NCBI GenBank assembly: GCA_013239625.1
Contig: MU053810.1
Location: 3,297,518 to 3,361,517 of the forward strand
Direction of reading: 5' to 3'
Source: Lama guanicoe
Taxonomy: Eukaryota
DNA: 64,000 bases
Shown here: piece after piece, positions 39,041 to 51,846 of the stretch
Layout of the letters: each line of letters opens with the position of its first letter
How positions within the stretch are numbered: the first letter of the stretch is position 1
Made by a program: the position numbers and the translations under genes
Notes under the pieces: model-generated
Databases searched by the model: none
The model's input: only the letters and a program-made list of their open reading frames with translations
What the model was told of the DNA's origin: nothing

Positions 39041-41340
39041 CAGTAGTAAATGCTGTTGGACTAAGAAAATGATAGGAAAAATGGAATAATATAGATTGAC
39101 TCTCATAAAGTGAAGTGTGTGGAACATTTGCTGTAAAATCCAGAGGGGTGAATGCCAGACAGGGCTCTCCAGATGCAGTTGAAGGGACTGGTGAAAGAGC
39201 TTTGACGAAGGATGGGTGGTGGCGAGGTCTTCAGTCCCAGCGAGTGCGAGGCCCACCACTCAGGCATTCAACTTTCACTCCCGAGTTGCTGCAGAGTCCC
39301 GACCCTGGCTTTGCCCCGAACCATCAGGTAATAAGCTTGGACAAGTCCCTTAGCTTCTCTGGGCCAAGGTTTCCTCATCTGTGACACCTCTGCCAGCAGC
39401 AGGTGTAGGAGTCTGTAAAACAGTGGATTCTGACAAATCCTAACCTCTTGTCCCTCTTTGTATGAAGTTAAACTAAACGCAAGTGTTGAAGAGTGAGAGA
39501 AAATGACAGACCAGGGCATGTTAACGGCCCTTTGGCAGGGATCTCACAGAATCACACAAACAAGGACTAAACAGCTGAAGGACATTTGGTTTCGATGACG
39601 GGGTTTCCTTTTATGAAGGAACTTTGTATAATCACTCCGGGGAACTTGTCAAGTCTGCTTTTCCAGACACTTCTCGGGTCTTCTGAACCACTTTACCACA
39701 AGCACCTCATCCATGCACCGACTGGTGAAGGGCCCAGCTCATCCAGGGGCCTGAGGGCCGGCGGGCCGCGGCAGGCTAGGCTAGGTAGCTAGCTCTTGTT
39801 GTGCATGGGAATTCAAAAGGCACGGCAAGTTTCTGCCCTTCAGGGGGTAACTTTTATTTTTAACAGAGCAATCATATGACTGGAGCGGAATAAAATGCGA
39901 TTTAAGATGGGAGAAAGGAAGGAATGGGGTGTGGTTCTAAGAGCCGGAAGAAGGCTGTCACACATGCAGGACACACACTAAGACCACTGTTTTGTGCTAA
40001 TTAAAAAATTCCTAGAGGGGCACGTGCAGTGGTGCTAGGGCCTCCGGAGTCCACTTTGCTAAGAACTGAGCCTAATTCCATGTTCAATCTCTTGGCCTTG
40101 CCCTCTCTCCACTACCCACTTCATTTTATACTTTTATATATTATATACATTATCACTTCATTATTATTATGTACAGTTCCTAATCTCTTGTATTTAACCC
40201 TTAGCCACTATGTCCAAAAGTGCTGCATGAAGGATTAATGCTTCTTACCAACTGTTGTCCCTCTATGAGTTAGCAATTTTCTGGGACAGATGTGTATTCA
40301 ACCCACGAAATTAAGTGACCAAAATGAAAATGTTTATGTTCCAACTGTCCACAAAGAAAACAGAATTTAAGCTCCTGCTGACCACAGTTGGTTCTGCTGT
40401 AATGTAACATGTATGTTCCTAAAAATGCATCCTCTGTGCAGTTGCCCAGTAAAAACCACAGCGCTCATGGGAATAATGGGATTGGGGTACAGTATCCAAA
40501 AGCATCATTAGTGATAACACTAAAAAAAAAAAACCTAGTAAAAACAGTAGCAGTTTAAAACATGTTAAATGGTCAGTACATAAATACCACAGTAAATGTG
40601 GCACGTGACCTTGATAAAGCCCTGAGGGATGCTGGGAGTGGGTCACGGGCGTGGGGTGGGCTCAGATAGTAAGGGGAGGGGAGTGATGTGAAGTCAGGAG
40701 GAAAGTCGTCCCTCCAGATTCAGGCCAGTGTGACCCCCAGCAGGGAGCGCTGAGGTCCATGTCTGAGGGTGTGTCTGGTGTAAGTCCTACGGGCACAGTT
40801 CAGCTGGGTGCAGTTTTGTGTGTTCATCTTGTGTTCTTGAGCTACTGTGAATACAGCAAATGTGAAAGTGCATTACACTCAAATAACTCCCTCACATACT
40901 GATCAAATTAGCACAATTACACATTTTCGGAACAAGCACTACAGCTAAGCTGTTTGCGCACCAGGGACAATGGAACGCTATAAAAAGCCTCTAGCCACCC
41001 ATGCCTTCCCGGTAAGATTTCAAAAAACATTGATACACAGAACTATGGTTGGAAAAAATTAAAAATAAAACTAGGAAACTTTAGAGGGTATTCACTGAAG
41101 AGACTTCTTTTCTTTATCCACCTTGCAGTAGGTCAATTTTGTCCTGGAAGTTTCTATTGTTTACTAATAAAATAGTTCATGGGTTGATAGGCAAAGCTCC
41201 AATTTGTGGAAAGATTCAGTTTTACTTCTTCAGGGATCAGCAAAAGATACTCTTAGTACCGAGTCTTTAAAATTTGTAACAGAAAGAAACACAATCGAGA
41301 GAGAGACACAAAGGCTCCACCTTGTGAGTCATCAAAGTGC

Positions 41341-41346
41341 TTTATT
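41341..41346 (-). terminator. Distal polyadenylation signal AATAAA of PIP4K2A
   Basis: Plus strand tttatt; downstream on the minus strand lies TGTGTCTCTCTCTCGATTGTGTTTCTTTCT (GU-rich). Confidence 0.75.
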
Positions 41347-42622
41347 TTGTAAAGCCCGGCTCATGACTGGAGTGTATTGTTAGCTCTAGGAGATACAAGG
41401 CAAACTTCTCACTCTGCCAGAAGAGGTGGCCAACAGAAAGGGACGGCAGAGACTGTTACAGACAAAAAGAAAGCATTCTGTAAACTTCTAAAAGCATAAA
41501 CAGATTGGCCACAAAGGAAACAGTTAGTCAAATAGTGTATGTGTACCTTCTCTCTACTTCAGGGTCTCACTTTTGTAATCCTGAATCAAAGGAACCATAA
41601 CGTAACTTCAGAACACTGAAAGTCCAGAACGCTGAACTCGATGCCAGAATGAGTGGTGGGGGAAAACCTAAATCACCATCTCAGTTAACTTAAGTACAGA
41701 AAATACAGATTAGACAACCAGGTCCCAGTGCTGTCGACATCGCCTGTTGAGGATACCCAAGCTCTGTGAAGTCAGGAGATGTAGAACAGCCTTGCTGCTG
41801 GCTTCCCACGGCTCCGACTTGCCGTCAGCTCGTGATTTCCGAAGTAAACTCACATGTGTTGGGCACAGTTGCAGACTTGATAAGCCCTGAAGTCAAGTCA
41901 CTGGAAGAGGCAGTACGGCAGGGAGGGTTTGTTGAGTTGTAAATAATTACCGAAGGGCGGATTTTTTCTTTTCCTGAACCCGCCTACAACAATCATCTCA
42001 CGTTTTAAACAAAGGATTTCAAAGGCACAGCTTTAGCACAGTGTATAACTTGATAACCTACTCTAAGCAAGTCTAATATTTTAGCTTGACGCCTTTCAGA
42101 AAATGCCAGAAAGTTGGTAAATACACGATCAGTGTTGGAAATTTGTAACTTGACTAGACACAGCACAGTTTAGGGCAATGAACTTACATAACCAGATCTG
42201 GGTTAAACATTTTCTTAAAAGAAAAAATCATTAGGTTGATAAATGTACATCCGGAGGAAACAAAACAACCCTTTTCCTTTTACTGTAAAAGACTGCCTGC
42301 CATGTAATTTGAGTAAAACATTCACTCCAAAACATGACTGCAGGATATTTCAAAATATGACAAACATTATTTCACCTACACTGTAAAATGACTTTACATG
42401 TAAACTTCAAAAATCACATGCTGTACATTAAATTTTTAGATTCAAAAATATCCCTGTTTTCCTAATAATGTAAACAGTAATATTGAGGGTTTCAGTTAAA
42501 GGGACAATTCGTAACAAAATACCACTGTTTAGCAGAATTGAGAGTTCTAAATTCTTTGCTCACCTTCCCACTGTGGGGGATGTAGATACCATTGCCCAAA
42601 ACTATGCACTTTTCAGGTAAGC

Positions 42623-42634
42623 TTTATTTTTATT
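42623..42634 (-). terminator. Tandem AATAAA signals, candidate alternative polyA site in the PIP4K2A 3' UTR
   Basis: Two adjacent tttatt hexamers on the plus strand (42623-42628 and 42629-42634). Confidence 0.45.
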
Positions 42635-42950
42635 TCGTAGCATTAATTCCTATATCGCAACATAACAGTGTATCAGTGAAAAAGCTCCAGGCAAGGAAAG
42701 AGAAGTAAGCAGTTTTCCTGGACATATTTACTGAGGTGAAAACGTACAGAGACAAGTCACCAGGGGCATCAGCTTCCTGCCGGAGGAGGGGCGTTTGTCC
42801 CCGGACACCAGGAATCCCCACACCTGAACCAGGATGTGCGGGAGATGCCAGCCTCCTCTGTCCAGCACCCGGGGTACAATTATTAAGGAGTGTCAGCGTG
42901 CGTGGTAGAAGTGTCACACCTGCAGTAAGCTTTTTTCCTTTTAATCACCA

Positions 42951-42992
42951 TCATTATTATTATCTTCATTATTATTATCTTCATTATTATTA
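42951..42992. repeat. 15-bp tandem repeat TCATTATTATTATCT, ~2.8 copies
   Basis: Read directly from the sequence. Confidence 0.85.
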
Positions 42993-43231
42993 CGAATACT
43001 GTCTCACACCTTTCAATTCCAAAAGGATAAACTGATCCACGGTTTATCGTGTGGTGCGTAGCTGGTTGGTCTGGCATGCATTGCCTTCTCCCCCGCCCCC
43101 TGCACATGCTCGCTCACTCACTCGTTCGTTCAGTCATTCGTCCACAGCTGGAATCGGGGGGGTTGTGGCCCCAAACACACTCTGACTGAAGCTGGTCGGT
43201 TTTCAGTAATTAACCAGTTTATTTTCAAGAT

Positions 43232-43274
43232 GCACACACGCACACGCACACACACGCACACGCACACGCACACA
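43232..43274. repeat. (CA/CG) alternating purine-pyrimidine microsatellite
   Basis: gcacacacgcacacgcacacacacgcacacgcacacgcacaca. Confidence 0.9.
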
Positions 43275-43463
43275 AGTCAGAAATAGCTAGAATGATGCTG
43301 GGAAATATCAGGTAGCTGTTAAAGCAAGTAGCCCCCAAATCAGTCATCTTGGCCTGAAGATGTAAACGAGGAGGTGTGCTTCGCTGTTTGGTTTTCATCT
43401 TGCCTGCACCGAACACACCTCTGTCCTTCCCATGCTCACGTCCATCCACAGCTGTGCAGGACG

Positions 43464-43544
43464 TTACGTCAAGATGTGGCCAATAAAGTCCAAAAAGCGC
43501 TTTGAATACTGTTCTGGGTTCACGGTCGAGATCTCCGCGCCAGC
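43464..43544 (-). CDS. PIP4K2A: PIP4K2A terminal coding exon: [26 protein letters not shown]
   Basis: CCCAG acceptor; translation matches the PIP4K2A C-terminus; TAA stop at 43464-43466. Confidence 0.98.
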   Translation of the reverse strand, partial: AGAEISTVNPEQYSKRFLDFIGHILT

Positions 43545-45603
43545 CTGGGCAGTGTGAGAGGAGGAATGTTGACACGGTTACTAGTCAGCACCTACAGCAA
43601 CTTCCAGCTGCAGCTGAATATGAAGCCAACCATTTTCAAACCTGGGCCGCTTCTCTGCTCTTAAAACCGAACTCAGAATATCCTGGATGTTGTGTCTGAA
43701 TAACCAAGGCTCTTAGGATTCTGGGTGTGAAATGAGGCAGTCATGGGAACAACAGATGCCACTGTCACACACACTGACTGCTGCCACTGGAAAAAAAAAA
43801 AAACCCAACCAGCTAGCTTTGGGGTGCTCCCGTCAAACGTGGAATCTGTGTGACCTACATTCAGAAGCCACGGGGAGAATACTTCTGTTTCCCACGAGAG
43901 CCGATTGGAGATACCTTGACAATGACACAAACAGCAACCTTTAGCCAAAGGGAAACTCCTTTGACAAGGAGGCAAGGACAGCGCTCATGTTTCAGGACTG
44001 AGGCGAGTGGCTGAGTGCTCAAAAATGATGGCGGCAGCACTCAGGTCATGCGGCTGCCCGGGCTCTTTCCTGGCACCGTAACCAGGTGAGATAGCACTGT
44101 AACTGCATCTCCCCGGAGGGGCAGGAGCTGGTCCCTGCAGCACCGGGCACAGGGCTGCCACTGTTCCCCTTCACAGAGGCTCGGTGGGCATTTCCTATTA
44201 CGAGAGGCACAGTGCTGGCCTGCAGACCCTTGGCAGTTATCAGCTGGTTTCCTGCGCTACAAAGTGCAGGACCAGGGTTTCACTAAGTCACCAGGTGCTG
44301 GTTTTACACATGCGCCCCACAGGGGAACCTGTAACTTCCACCGCACCGAGGAGCCCAGGTCTTGATGGCGGAGAATGGTTCCCAGCAGCAGCTCAACACA
44401 ACATTCCTTTGCAAAGAGCAATGTCTTGCTCTTGCAAACTGCACACCATTTTAGGCCGTGTGCTATATCATGGAGCTGAGCTGGTGACTTAAAGGGGGAC
44501 TAAGATGGAGCCACGTTTGCTGTGGCACATTTCCGATTGCACATGGTATAGAAGATCACAGCAGGCTTGAGGAGGGGTGGGAACAGACACACAGCACCAC
44601 CTCACTGTTCCGCCTGTTCACCCAAAGCCCCATCAGCAAGGCATCAGGCCCCCCTCATCAGCTGGGGGCAGTGACGCTCCAGAGTGTTTCCTCCAGGGCA
44701 CACAACTGGAAACGTGAAACAGGGGTTCCGACCCAGTTCTGTCTTTGCAATACTCCCAGGCTTTTCAACTAGAGCTGAGCATCAGAATTACCACAGAGCC
44801 TTTCAGAGACCTGTCCCCCCCGCCTCCCAAACTGGACTGAGAATCAGGCAAAGGGGGCGGGGCATCTGGCACCACATTATCTTACAAACAGAACTCAGAA
44901 GGTTGTGATGCCACCCACTGGGTGAGAGCTACTGTGTCCCCTCCTCCCAAACCGGGTGGGCCCAGTGAGGTCTTGGTGTGTGCTTTGCACACAGCAGGAA
45001 TGCCATAAATAGCTGGCGATGTGACTGACATATTTCTATGGCAAGTGGGGTATAGTTTTAGGCTGGTTCCGTTGCTGGATGACTTAAAATAGAGAAAAAG
45101 GGCCTTTAGTGGAGGCTGATGTTCTGGGCTATCTCGGTTGGCTCCACACTGAGGGGGGGGAAGCACCTCACCTCCTCCTCCTGGTAGGAGTGAGCTGGGG
45201 CACCAGTTCATCTTGGGGAGGGGCTCTCAGGCTTTTCTAGCACACCTGGAAAGCCAGAACGGATCCCTACTGCCTGGTGAAGACTCATGACTTCTGAAGT
45301 CCAGCCAGGCCAGTGGGGTTCACTGGTGGGTGGGGGAACTGGCCCAGGGCAAGGGGCCAGGCCGGGTCCTGGAGTGCAGTCCTCCCTCCACCACCTCCCA
45401 GTGATGTGATCCCAGCAAGTTACCACAGGAGCTCTCCTCCTGTCTCTCCATCAGATGAGGGGGATCCACTAGCTACCTCTCACAGGCCGGTCACGGGGAT
45501 TCAACAAGTTACCAGGCCTGGAAGAGGAATTCCGAGCCAGCACAGTAAAAGTGCGGGACTTGTGCTATTAGACTTTGACCTTGCACTCAAAAAATGTCTG
45601 TAA

Positions 45604-45667
45604 TGGAAAAAAATACAATTCACTGGGTGGAAAAAAATACAATTCCCCGGGTGGAAAGGAATACAAT
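45604..45667. repeat. 24-bp tandem repeat, ~2.7 copies (TGGAAAAAAATACAATTCMCYGGG)
   Basis: Units start at 45604, 45628 and 45652. Confidence 0.85.
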
Positions 45668-46068
45668 GTTGCGTATCTTGGAAGTGTCTGAAGCAGGGAA
45701 CAAAATAGTGCTTCCCTTCCGAACATCTCATACTGGAACACTTACGTATCATCACTCAGCCCTTAACCGTTTTTCGAACAAAAAGGAATTTGTGTAATAT
45801 TCTCATGATGCATGTGTCTGTTAATATCCCCAGTGGGTAAAAAGAGAAGCTGTGGCCGGCTTTAAGTGATTCGCCAAAAGCCGAGGGAGAGGCGGGGGAG
45901 CACGTGCCGGCTCTGAATCCGGCCTCAGAATGTGACCCTTGAGGGGAACCAGAGCCACTGAAGGACTCTGGGCAGCTCAGTGGAAAGGAGCGGACTGAGC
46001 TGGTCCCTGCACCACAGACAACATCAAGGCGCCAGGAGCAGGGAAGGAAACGCAGTGGAGGTACTTAC

Positions 46069-46172
46069 GCCGTGTTTAACAGTTTTTGCAGCGTGGGCAG
46101 CTTTCTTTTTTGCATCATAATGAGTCAGGATGTCAATAATTGCCATAAAGTACACCTCTTTCCTCGGCGAGT
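46069..46172 (-). CDS. PIP4K2A: PIP4K2A coding exon (exon 9 equivalent), 104 bp: (N)[34 protein letters not shown]
   Basis: IIDIL motif and activation loop. TTTCCAG acceptor, GGC|GTAAGT donor. Phase joins the previous exon (A+AC=Asn). Confidence 0.98.
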
Positions 46173-46604
46173 CTGGAAAGGGATGAGAGCGATGACAGGT
46201 CAGATGACACGCCTGGAAAGACTCGAGCTGCCAGCTGCGGAGGAGGGAGGACCGGAGAAGGGGGGGGGTGCTGGGGGCAGGGACTGGGGAGGGGGAGGCT
46301 GGGGGGGGGTCACAAAACAGGCACTAGCGGTTCTTTCAGCCTGGCTTATCCCTGCAAAACAGCTTAACTTTCTGTCCCCAGTTCTCTCTGTTTAAAAAGT
46401 AAAAAGAACATAACCCCAGGATATTTATTAGCATTGGAGGTCCAAGTGTGAGACTGAATTTTTATTTTTTGTTAATCTGCATTTTCTTTAATGATGGTGT
46501 ATTGTTTTGGTGTAAAGAAAAATGCTGTTTAAGAAATATTCTACAAAACAAGTAGAAGTAATTATGCTCCCTAATCCTTTTCTACCATTACATACAACTG
46601 TTCC

Positions 46605-46754
46605 AAGGGGGGTAGGGTATAGCTCAATGGGTAGAGCACACGCTTAGTTTAGCATGCACAAGGTCCTGGGTTCAATCCCCAGTACCTCCTCCAAAAATAA
46701 ATAGATAAGCCTAATTATTTCCCTCCCCTCAAAAAAACAAAAACAAAACAAAAA
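46605..46754 (+). mobile_element. Camelid tRNA-derived SINE (vic-1 type) in PIP4K2A intron 8
   Basis: gggtatagctcaatgggtagag...gggttcaatccccagtacctcc; 15-bp TSD ACATACAACTGTTCC at 46590-46604 and 46755-46769. Confidence 0.92.
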
Positions 46755-47683
46755 ACATACAACTGTTCCTAATTCTCTACAATAACTGTCTTCTACATAT
46801 TTCCACAAATATGATGCTGTTTCAGTTATCAACAGTAAGAAAAAGAGCATTTGACTACATCTAATTTTCTGTGTTGAAGGAACAGTTTTGGTGAGCAAAA
46901 TAAAAAACACAACTCAAATTCACCTGGCTGCTGTGCCATGAGACTTTTTTTTTTTTTTTAAACAATGAACCACAATTTTACCACTCAAAAAGTAAGAGGT
47001 CTGCTTTTACCTCTAAATTATTTTGGCTTTTTCGTATGTAAGTAGCTAAGACAGCATGTAATATTCCTACAAATATCCAGTCATCCAGATTTGGAGGACT
47101 AAGATCGATTTCACTTTAGAGAAGGCCACAGACCCCTTAAGGGGGCGGGGGGTGGTGGTGGTAGCCAGGGGAGAGCAGAGGACAGACCTGCAGCAAATCA
47201 GAGATTCTCATCCCACCCTGCGCCAGCCTCAGCACGTCCAAGGAGAGGGCTGAGCGATGAGATGCCTGCCCTATAGGACGTCCGCGAGAGGTTTGGGGTG
47301 GACCGCATGTGCACCTAGCTCAGGTCAGACTCACGACACTTGAGATCCACATGTAGCGAAGAAAAAAATACTTAAGAACATTTCTTACATATGGTATGGA
47401 TACTGACACAAGCATGTGCATGTGTGTGTCGTAGACACACACCACTCTCTGTCATGTGGTTTCACTCTGTTCCTTCAGCATCACAAAATTCAAGGACCTC
47501 ATCACATTACATGTCAAAGCCAGAGATTACAGTTACCTTTAACATACTCTTGCCCTGAAATCACTTTATTTTGGAACTCTGGAGAATGAGTCTCCTAGGG
47601 CAGCTGGGGTGATGGTTTCTGGTAGATAACAAGGCAGAAAAACCCAACTAATGGTAAAAACAGTTGATAGTAATTCAGCTTAC

Positions 47684-47927
47684 TTTCATGGCATTTAATT
47701 CCATAAACGTCGATGTTTGGATCAAACTCGCCGGGAGCCAAGGGCGGTGAGCTGTTGAGAGTATTTCCGGGACTGTCAGGAGGGGTCCCGATGGGGTGGG
47801 TGCCATCACTCTCCCCCTCCTCCTCCCCATCGTTCTCTTCGCACTCCACCTCTTCCTGTTCAGCTCTCTCCACATCGTGGATTCCCACCAGGAGGCTGTA
47901 GTCCATGAGCTTTAACTGGGCAAGAAA
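47684..47927 (-). CDS. PIP4K2A: PIP4K2A coding exon (exon 8 equivalent), 244 bp: FLAQLKLMDYSLLVGIHD...PNIDVYGIKCHE
   Basis: Contains the PIPK catalytic MDYSLL motif and the acidic insert. CAG acceptor at 47928-47930, A|GTAAG donor, ends in phase 1. Confidence 0.98.
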
Positions 47928-49409
47928 CTGGAGGGTGGGAGGTGACATGGTCAGTTATGGCTTAAATTTTGCAACCCCAGATTTAAAGAAAACAAGCTCA
48001 GAAAAATGCACACGGGGGAAGGCTGTGAGTGATGAGAAGGCAGGAAAGAGAAGAGGATTTTTCCAAGAGGCAGCCAGGAGCCTCCCCTGTGACGCTCTCA
48101 CGGTCCCAGGCAGTTTCTCTGGCCAAAACTGCAGCCTCACGCTTTGGGCTGGCACAGAGCTAGGATCATTTTCCCTGAAATGAGAAACTGGATGCTGAGG
48201 GATGCACTTATCATGTCGAGGTTGGCTTGCACCAGAGAGCAGAGAGCAGGACTGGCGAGGAGAGGGGAAGAGAACATTTCTCCCAACAATTGAGACTGAC
48301 TAATGGGGAAACCAGGGACCTCCCAAGTCGCTTCCAGGGGAGTCTCAGGACGGCTTGTGAAAGCACTCTGAAATGCGGCACACTGCGGAGATTATTGTGC
48401 TGTCCATCACGCATCAATAAAAGCACCAATGTCCCAATCAACCAGCAAAGGCCTGTGTCACCACTCTGGTGAATAACACTGTCCTTCAGCCCTGCTGGGG
48501 CTTTCCTTCTGATGGAAGTGGGGCGCCAAGGTGCTGAAGGCGGCTCACTCTCCAGGAGGCAGCGCAGGCCAGGATGCCCGCCCTCCCTCCCTCCCTCTCC
48601 TGTTCCAGCCCCCAAACGACAATGTGCGCAAGGCCTAGCTCTGTGGGTTTGGCTACTCCTCTGTTTGCCAAGTTCTTTCCTGACTGTGCACGTCATGCTT
48701 TTTTCCCCCTTTTCTTCTTTTTTAGTATTTGCACCCAGAAACACATGACCTGAAGCACAATATTCTAATTGATCGATTAAGTGTGGTTGCTATTATTGAG
48801 GGCAAAACTGGCAGCCCATCTGCCACCTGGAGTTAAGTGGCTTGGTAACCCACTGCTGCTCTGAGCCTGGGCTCCCAGTCTGAGCAGGCACGTGACCCTG
48901 CCTCCTGGAGGGCTCGGGGCTACCCTTGCTCAGTGATGCAGAGCAGCTGAGGGGCCTCTGGGCCACCCTGACAGGATTTAGGAAACAAACTTCCTTACAT
49001 AGAGGGAAGCATATGAAATGGTAGGTCTCGAAGTTTTGGCTGCAAGTAGAATAAAATCAATTTGCAGAGACCTGCAACCAGATCTTTCTCAGAGTCTGCC
49101 TCTGAGCTGAAAGAGAAGCCATGCTCCCTGAAAGACACAGAGGAGAGGACCTCAAGCCCCAGCTGTTTCCCAAAGCCTTCAGTGGTCACCCGCCCAGGCC
49201 TCCTGCCTGCATACCCCCTCCTCAGCTCCCATTTCCTTGTCTTCCCACAAAGAGTCCCCTGCGGCCAGGTTTAACTTCCTCCATTTGTACTGAGCTCAGA
49301 AAAGAGAAACTACACAAATCTTCATCTTCAGAAATTTAAGCAAGGTAGGAGAAACTTAATATTTAAAAATAGACAGAAGAAAATCCTTTGTCAAAAAGGA
49401 GGGCTGAGC

Positions 49410-50200
49410 AGCCAACACAGACAAGAAAAGATGCTCATCATCCCTCATCAGGGAAATGCAAAGCAGGGAAATGCAAATCAAAGCCACAGTGAGATGCCCC
49501 CTCATGCCTGTTAGAATGGCTGTTCTCCCTAAGACAAATAACAGGCGTCAGTGAGGATGTGGAGAAAACGGAACCTTCGTACACTGTTGGTGGGAATGTA
49601 AACTGGCACATACTCCGGAAATAGTCTGGAGGTGCCTTAGAAACTTAAAAATAGAACTACCATACGATCCAGCAATCCCACTTCTGGGTGTACAGCCAAA
49701 GGAAATGAAAACACCGTCTTGGAGAGCTATCTGCACTCCCATGTTCACTGCAGCGTTGTTCACAAGAGCCAAGGTAAGGACACAACCCAAGTGCCTGCCA
49801 GTGGATAAATGGATAAAGGAGATACACACACACAATGAACTATTAAGCCTTAAAAAAGGAGGAAATTCTGACATACATTCTGCAACATGGATAGACCTTG
49901 AGGGCATTATGCTAAGTGAAATAAGCCAATCACAGAAGAACAAATACTTCATGGTATCACTTATACGTGGAATCTTAAAAAAAGAAAAAAACATTGAACT
50001 CATAGAAACAGAGGGTAGAAAGTGGTTGCCAGGAACTGGACAGTGGGGGAAATAGGGAGAGATTGATAAAATATTTGAGGTGATGGATGTGTTAAGTAAT
50101 TCAAGGCGGCGGGGAATCCTTTCACGACAGATACGTGTATCAAATCATCAAATATCTTACAAGTTTATTTGTCAATTATGTATCAATAAAACCGGGAAAA
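49410..50200 (+). mobile_element. L1MA 3' end, antisense to PIP4K2A
   Basis: aaagatgctcatcatc...gaactaccatacgatccagcaatcccacttctgggt...caataaa; the decayed ORF2 C-terminus is visible in ORF 49705-50055. Confidence 0.9.
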
Positions 50201-51846
50201 TTAGAGGTGTTACTAACTCTATTGAACAAGCAAAGCAGAGTACTGATGGGCAAGTCTTGAGCAGTTTTCTGAGCCCCAGAGAGAAGATGCCTCTGCTCTT
50301 CCTCAAGGCTTCCCCCCAAATCCCCCATCACGTGCTCCTGTGGGTGACTTTCCCCATCTTGAGAGATTAATACCATCAAATGCTTGAATCTTTTATCAGC
50401 ACAGAGCCAGTCACCCAGCCAGGTAGCTGATCTCGGCTACCTGTTCTCCCCATGGGCCCACGGGGTAGAGAGACAGCTGGTCTGGCCCGAGGTGGGCACT
50501 AGCAGCCTCCAACGAGGGGGGCTCCTAACAGGCTCAGAAAGATTAAAAAACAACCTGCCCAAGGGTTCAAAGCTTTAAAAAGTCGTGAATTCAGGATCCT
50601 ATGTTCAAAGCTCTTGTTCTTTGTACTGTATTATGAAGCCTCTGGAAGACGGGTTAAGGCAGCTTTCTCCAAATCTTGTTCTTCACAACACTAGCATAGG
50701 GAGATAGTGAGTCAGACAAATCTAGTGGTTTCTGAGAGGGAAAACCTCCCAAGGTTCCCACGACTGGGTCTCTGAGAGGGTGTCAGCCGGCAGCACGCCT
50801 CACCCTGCTTTGACTGTGGAACTGGCTCTTTCCCCTTCAGCACACCCTGTGGGCCAAGTGTTTTGGAAACAAGACATCTGGGAAATATTTCGAGAGATGC
50901 CCTGAGACGCACTGGGCAGGATGCTCGCCAGTGGCCCCGCTTCTGCCACACCTGTTGTTCAAGGCTCCCGGGAGGCTGTGCCGGAGGCTGAGCTCAGGGC
51001 CAGCGCCGCCTCCGCCTCCCCCATCACCCCTCCCATGCTTGGTACAGTGCCTGCTCCCCTCACCCCTGCTGCCCAACCTGGATGCCCTCCAGAGGTCTGG
51101 GCACCACTGGAAACACTGGAAGCACCCACAGGTGTGTAGTAGGTACAGGCCAGGTCCCACTCAGCTTGTGGGGTGGCAAGGCAAAAGGCCCCTTCTCCCA
51201 CCCTGTCTCCTCTGGGCCTTTGGAAGCTCCCTGGGAAGTGGCAAAGCCTGGATGCCGCCCTAACCTGGCCCCCTGCAGTGCTCTGGGAAGGGAAGAACCT
51301 GACTGTGTCACGCTCATGCTTAAGACCTTGTAGTGGAGTCCCATTTCCCATATAGTGTAACAAACTCTAACATGCCTCATGGGACCTGGATAGTTCGGCC
51401 CTGTCACCCCTCGGGCCACCTTGAACCCTGTTCTGGCCCGCCTTCTGGCCCTCTTGCTGGTCCCAGCCACCTTCCACTTGACCTTCAGGTCTCAGCTGCA
51501 GGGCACTTGCTCCAGAAGACCGATCTGATTCCTGTCCGGGCGTGTGTGCTCTGCACGCTTTTCACTAAGGACACCTGGCTTAGGGCCTAGCTGCACATTC
51601 GTTTTATTAGACTATTTGGGTAACATCTATCTTCCCCAAACACAGCAGCCACGTGAGGGCAGGGGCTCTGGCTGCTTTTGCCTTTGAAACTGAGTCATGA
51701 TTAGTCAAGTCCATCTCACCTGCCTTCACTAATCAAGGTTGTTCTGAGACTCCCATGTCCTCCAAGGGGCACAGAGCCTAAATAAGGTGCCTGCCTGGTT
51801 GTGTTCTATGAACTTGGAGTCAGCCACACCTGGTTTGAGCTGAGCT

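Larger units (their letters stand above)
41320..43463 (-). other. PIP4K2A: PIP4K2A 3' UTR (distal end approximate)
   Basis: Runs from the stop codon to a minus-strand AATAAA at 41341-41346, followed by a GU/U-rich downstream element. No interspersed repeats recognised. Confidence 0.8.

Noticed and set aside
45604..45667. CRISPR-like repeat array
   Set aside because: Head-to-tail tandem units without unique spacers, in a mammalian intron.
47595..47948. 117-aa ORF as a standalone gene
   Set aside because: It is PIP4K2A exon 8 plus intronic read-through on both sides.
48815..48835. CTCF-like motif (minus strand ACTCCAGGTGGCAG)
   Set aside because: Partial match only; cannot be told from chance without a PWM or ChIP data.
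49548..50055. 116-aa and 151-aa ORFs
   Set aside because: Sense and antisense readings of a decayed L1 ORF2 C-terminus.
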